The translations under genes and the position numbers were made by a program. Below, piece after piece: positions 60,828 to 64,000 of a DNA stretch of 64,000 nucleotides (within the stretch, counting starts at the first letter, position 1; each line of letters opens with the position of its first letter). The stretch covers positions 768-64,767 of the forward strand of contig PXRX01000001.1 in NCBI GenBank assembly GCA_003023195.1, given 5' to 3'. The stretch comes from Halobacteriales archaeon QS_8_69_26. GTDB lineage: Archaea; Halobacteriota; Halobacteria; Halobacteriales; SW-7-71-33. The notes under the pieces were generated by a model that saw only the letters and a list, made by a program, of their open reading frames with translations, did not search any database and had not been told where the DNA came from.

Positions 60828-61850
60828 ATGGTCCGGCCGGACCTACGGTCGGTCGTGCCCGACCCACTGACGACCGGGATCGAACTCCTGGCCGCCCTCG
60901 GGGAGGCGTCGGACCCCCTCGCCTGGGTGGTCGTCGCCGTCTTCCTGGCCGCCGCGGTCCTGGAGGCCGACGACCGGCCCTGGGCCCGCCACGTGGCCGT
61001 CGGTGCCTGGGTGCTGTTCGGGGTCTTCTGGCTGACGCTGATCCACCACTTCGCGTTCGTCCAGAAGAGCCTCGTCGAGGGAGTCCTGACGGTCGTGGCG
61101 GTGCCGGCCTGCCTGTCGGCGGGCGCCCTGCTCTGGCGGGGCCGGGACTCGCTGTTCGTGCTCACCCGGTCGGTCGCCGTGATGGGCCTCATCGTGTTGC
61201 CCTTCGAGGCCGTCCCGTTCCTCAGACGGACCCTCATCGAGACGGTGACCGCCCAGACGGAACTGCTGATCAACCTGCTAGGCTACCACCCCGAGGTCGT
61301 CGCCGGGACGACCATCGAGGGCTGGGGGATCCCCGCCAAGGAGTACCCCTACCACAGCACGTTCCTGTTCTACAGCGAGAGCGGGGACCCGCTCACGCTG
61401 ACGATCAAGCTGGCGTGTACCGGGCTCGGCTCCATCGCCATCTTCGCGGGACTGATCGCCGCCGTCGACGCGCCACTCTCCCGGAAGCTCCGGGCGTTCG
61501 CCGTGTCGGTGCCGGTCATCTACGGGTTGAACCTCGTGCGCAACGTCTTCATCGCGGTCGGCTTCGGCACCCAGCAACTCCACGTCTTCCCCGACCTGGT
61601 GATGACGCTGTTCGCCGTCGAGAGCAGGGTGATGGTCTCGTACTACGTCGCGGACCGGATGATCGCACAGACCCTGTCCGTGTTCGTGCTGGTGGGGATC
61701 ACGTGGCTGGTCGTCCGACAGCTCCCGGAGGTCCTCACCGTCGTCGAGGACGCCCTCTACGTGCTCACCCGCACCGAGTACGACCTGGAGGGGGCGATGG
61801 GTGCGCCCGAGGTACGCGCCGACGGCGGCCCCGACCGCGGGGACGATTGA
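60828..61850 (+). CDS. artA: Archaeosortase A (PGF-CTERM-specific exosortase-family transpeptidase)
   Basis: 340 aa and polytopic. The conserved Cys motif is TIKLACTGLGSIAIFAGLIAAV and the Arg motif is YGLNLVRNVFIAV. A downstream conserved region (..SYYVADRMIAQT..) is present, and the overall layout is that of exosortase/archaeosortase proteins. Confidence 0.8.
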   Translation: MVRPDLRSVVPDPLTTGIELLAALGEASDPLAWVVVAVFLAAAVLEADDRPWARHVAVGAWVLFGVFWLTLIHHFAFVQKSLVEGVLTVVAVPACLSAGALLWRGRDSLFVLTRSVAVMGLIVLPFEAVPFLRRTLIETVTAQTELLINLLGYHPEVVAGTTIEGWGIPAKEYPYHSTFLFYSESGDPLTLTIKLACTGLGSIAIFAGLIAAVDAPLSRKLRAFAVSVPVIYGLNLVRNVFIAVGFGTQQLHVFPDLVMTLFAVESRVMVSYYVADRMIAQTLSVFVLVGITWLVVRQLPEVLTVVEDALYVLTRTEYDLEGAMGAPEVRADGGPDRGDD

Positions 61851-61888
61851 GGGATCCGCCCGTACCGGGTCTTACCGGCCGTTCGACG

Positions 61889-61910
61889 TTTACGGTAGAA
61901 TTACTGTAAG
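61889..61910. repeat. AT-rich palindromic element, copy 3 (TTTACGGTA-gaat-TACTGTAAg)
   Basis: Same architecture as copies 1 and 2, with one mismatch in the left arm. It lies between the convergent artA and dphB ends. Confidence 0.75.
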
Positions 61911-61953
61911 CCGCGAGGACGAGATTCCTCCTTCCCACCGGATCGCACGCCCC

Positions 61954-62721
61954 TCAGTCGACGTCGACGAGGTCCGTCGGTGCCCCGGCGAGTTCCCTGA
62001 GCGCCTCGGCCTCCAGGTGGTGGAGGTCGCCGGGGATCACCAGCAAGTGAAGGGGGTCGCCGAACTCGCGGTCGGCCAGCGCCGAGCACCGGTCGGCGGC
62101 AACGACCGGGCCGGGGCTCCCGGCGCGGGCCACGGCGACCCCCAGGCCGTCGCCCCTGGCGTCGGCGAGGAGGCCCGCGGCCGTCGCGGCGGTCATGTAC
62201 TCGTCCTCGTCGGCGCGGATGTCCAGGTAGACGAGGGTGTGCAGGCCACGGTCGGCGTTGTCCGAGAGGGTGTCGAGGACGCTGTCCGGGACGCCCCCGT
62301 GGACGTCCGGGAACGGGAGGGTGGTGGCCTTCCCGAACCGGTAGTTCTGGAGGCCGGTCAGGCCGGCGGCGGCCGTCGCCGCCGAGGTGCCGTGGACGAC
62401 CCGCGTGTCGATCCCCCGCCCGTGGGCCCGCAGTCTGAGGTCGACGTGGGTCGTCGAGACCATCGGGTCGCCGGCGGTGAGGAAGGCGACGGTCCCCGAC
62501 CCGGCGGCGTCGAGGACCGGTCCCGGTCGCTGCTCGACGCCCGCCCGGTCCCGGAGTTCGATCTCGATCCCGTGGTAGTCCTCCAGGTCCGCAACCGTGG
62601 TGCCGACGAGTTTGCTGGTGTAGAACTCCGCGAAGACGCGGTCGGCCTCGGCGAGGACCTCCCGCCCCTCGACGGTGATCGACCGCTCGTCGTACAGTCC
62701 CAACCCGACGAACGCGAGCAT
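61954..62721 (-). CDS. dphB: Diphthine synthase
   Basis: The real gene is the last 255 codons of the 627-aa track ORF, starting at ATG 62721 (MLAFVGLGLYDERSITVEGREVLAEADRVFAEFYTS...FLTAGDPMVSTTH..). It belongs to the tetrapyrrole-methylase-fold family. Confidence 0.9.
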   Translation of the reverse strand: MLAFVGLGLYDERSITVEGREVLAEADRVFAEFYTSKLVGTTVADLEDYHGIEIELRDRAGVEQRPGPVLDAAGSGTVAFLTAGDPMVSTTHVDLRLRAHGRGIDTRVVHGTSAATAAAGLTGLQNYRFGKATTLPFPDVHGGVPDSVLDTLSDNADRGLHTLVYLDIRADEDEYMTAATAAGLLADARGDGLGVAVARAGSPGPVVAADRCSALADREFGDPLHLLVIPGDLHHLEAEALRELAGAPTDLVDVD

Positions 62722-62847
62722 GGGGGTCGATCCGCGGCGCGGGGTTAAGAACCCACGCAACCCACCTCTCCCGGCACTCACCGCAAACGTGCCGGTCGCT
62801 CCCGACCAAGCGTCAGCGTTAGGGCCTCCCGGCGGCGAGTGGTGGGC

Positions 62848-63876
62848 ATGACAGGCGGGGATCGAACGGGCGAAACCGGGGAAGCGGAGGGACCGGTCGC
62901 CCCCTGCGTGCGCGTCCCCCGGGAGAACGGCGAGGAGACCCGCCGGGACCTCGCCGAGGCGGGAGTGCTTGACGACCGCTACGAGATCACGGTCGAGGAC
63001 GGGTGGATCTACGTCCCGGTCCTCGAACACCCGGAGGGGTACGAGGTGGTCGAGCGGCCGGTCACGGAGCGGGACGGCCAGACGACACCGGCGGACCTGC
63101 TGGCGTTCGACCCCACCTACGAGCGTCTCGGTGACGTGGTGATACTCGACGAGGAGGACCCGGACCGCGCCCGGCGGGCCGCCGAGGCGGTCATGGAGTC
63201 CGACGTCCCCGTCGCGACGGTGGTCAGGCGGGCCAGCGAGGTCCAGGGGGAGTTGCGCCTCCGGGAGTTCGAGGTCCTGGCCGGCGACGGCACCGAGACG
63301 GTCCACCGCGAGTACGGGTGCGAGTACCTGCTGGACCTCCAGGAGGTCTACTTCTCGCCCCGCCTGGCGACCGAGCGACACCGGGTGGCAGAGCAGGTCC
63401 GGGCGGGCGAGCAGGCGTTCGACATGTTCGCGGGCGTCGGCCCCTTCGTCGTCCCCTTCGCGGCCCGCGGTGCCGACTGCGTCGGCGTCGACCTCAACGA
63501 GGCCGCCGTCGAGTACCTCCGGGAGAACTGCCGGCGCAACGGCGTCGTCGACCTCGTGACCGTCCACCACGGCGACGTCCGTGAGATAGCCCGTGACCCC
63601 GAGTTCGGGTACGAGGGGTGGGCGGACCGGGTCGTGATGAACCTGCCCCACTCCGCCGACGAGTTCCTCGACACCGCCGTCGGCCTGGCGGGCGAGGACT
63701 GCCTGCTCCACTACTACGACATCCAGTCCGACGAGGACCCCTACGGCCCCGGCGAGCGAGCGATCCGCGAGGCGGCCGGACCCGAGTACGACGTCGAGGT
63801 GGAGACGCGACGAACGGTCCGGTCGCACGCCCCCCACGAACTGAACGTGGTGCTGGACGTTCGGCTGACGCGGTGA
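62848..63876 (+). CDS. Trm5/Taw2-like class I SAM-dependent tRNA methyltransferase
   Basis: ATG at 62848 (the track uses GTG at 62839). The motifs ..VYFSPRLATERHRV.., FDMFAGVGPFVVPFA and VVMNLPHSA (NLP motif) are characteristic of Trm5-family m1G37 methyltransferases. Confidence 0.8.
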   Translation: MTGGDRTGETGEAEGPVAPCVRVPRENGEETRRDLAEAGVLDDRYEITVEDGWIYVPVLEHPEGYEVVERPVTERDGQTTPADLLAFDPTYERLGDVVILDEEDPDRARRAAEAVMESDVPVATVVRRASEVQGELRLREFEVLAGDGTETVHREYGCEYLLDLQEVYFSPRLATERHRVAEQVRAGEQAFDMFAGVGPFVVPFAARGADCVGVDLNEAAVEYLRENCRRNGVVDLVTVHHGDVREIARDPEFGYEGWADRVVMNLPHSADEFLDTAVGLAGEDCLLHYYDIQSDEDPYGPGERAIREAAGPEYDVEVETRRTVRSHAPHELNVVLDVRLTR

Positions 63877-63918
63877 ACTCTCCGATCACTCCCCGGTCGC
63901 CTCCGTTCCGGTGGCCGG

Positions 63919-64000
63919 TCACTCCCCCTCGACGGCTCCGCGGAACGCCGACTGGAGGCGGCGGTTCCCCTCGACGAGGAACTTCGCGTCGAAGCCGACG
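63919..64000 (-). CDS. 3' end of an unidentified minus-strand gene running off the window
   Basis: The minus-strand frame reads ..VGFDAKFLVEGNRRLQSAFRGAVEGE-stop (TGA complement at 63919-63921). Only 26 codons are visible. Confidence 0.25.
   Translation of the reverse strand, partial: VGFDAKFLVEGNRRLQSAFRGAVEGE

Overview
This 64 kb window looks like chromosomal DNA from a haloarchaeon (class Halobacteria). The evidence is visibly GC-rich DNA (not computed), strongly acidic proteins, Tat/lipobox signals, and a PGF-CTERM protein together with archaeosortase A. Because of the GC content, most long ORFs in the six-frame track are Arg/Pro/Gly-rich off-frame or antisense artefacts. I called about 55 coding regions after re-picking start codons; the ORF track also uses GTG as a start. 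Core genes include sucCD, acyl-CoA dehydrogenase, MTA phosphorylase, smc-scpA, gatB, topA, a GGGP synthase, diphthine synthase, a Trm5-like methyltransferase, aSUI1 and a DRG GTPase. There is one tRNA-Val(UAC). I saw no rRNA, CRISPR array, transposase or integrase. The most interesting region is a co-directional cell-envelope locus at 51.8-61.9 kb. It encodes an unanchored giant glycoprotein with a dockerin-like tail, a PGF-CTERM glycoprotein, an HTTM (vitamin-K-carboxylase-like) membrane protein and archaeosortase A. Other points worth a second look:
- an ABC-2 permease fused to a PrsW-like intramembrane protease;
- a four-gene, translationally coupled DUF4129/DUF58 operon with no MoxR ATPase nearby;
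- a secreted multidomain thermonuclease;
- an AT-rich palindrome that recurs at three intergenic sites;
- tRNA-fragment scars next to tRNA-Val;
- several intergenic tandem repeats, two of which re-duplicate gene 3' ends including the stop codon.
All family assignments rest on motif recognition by eye and have not been checked by database search.
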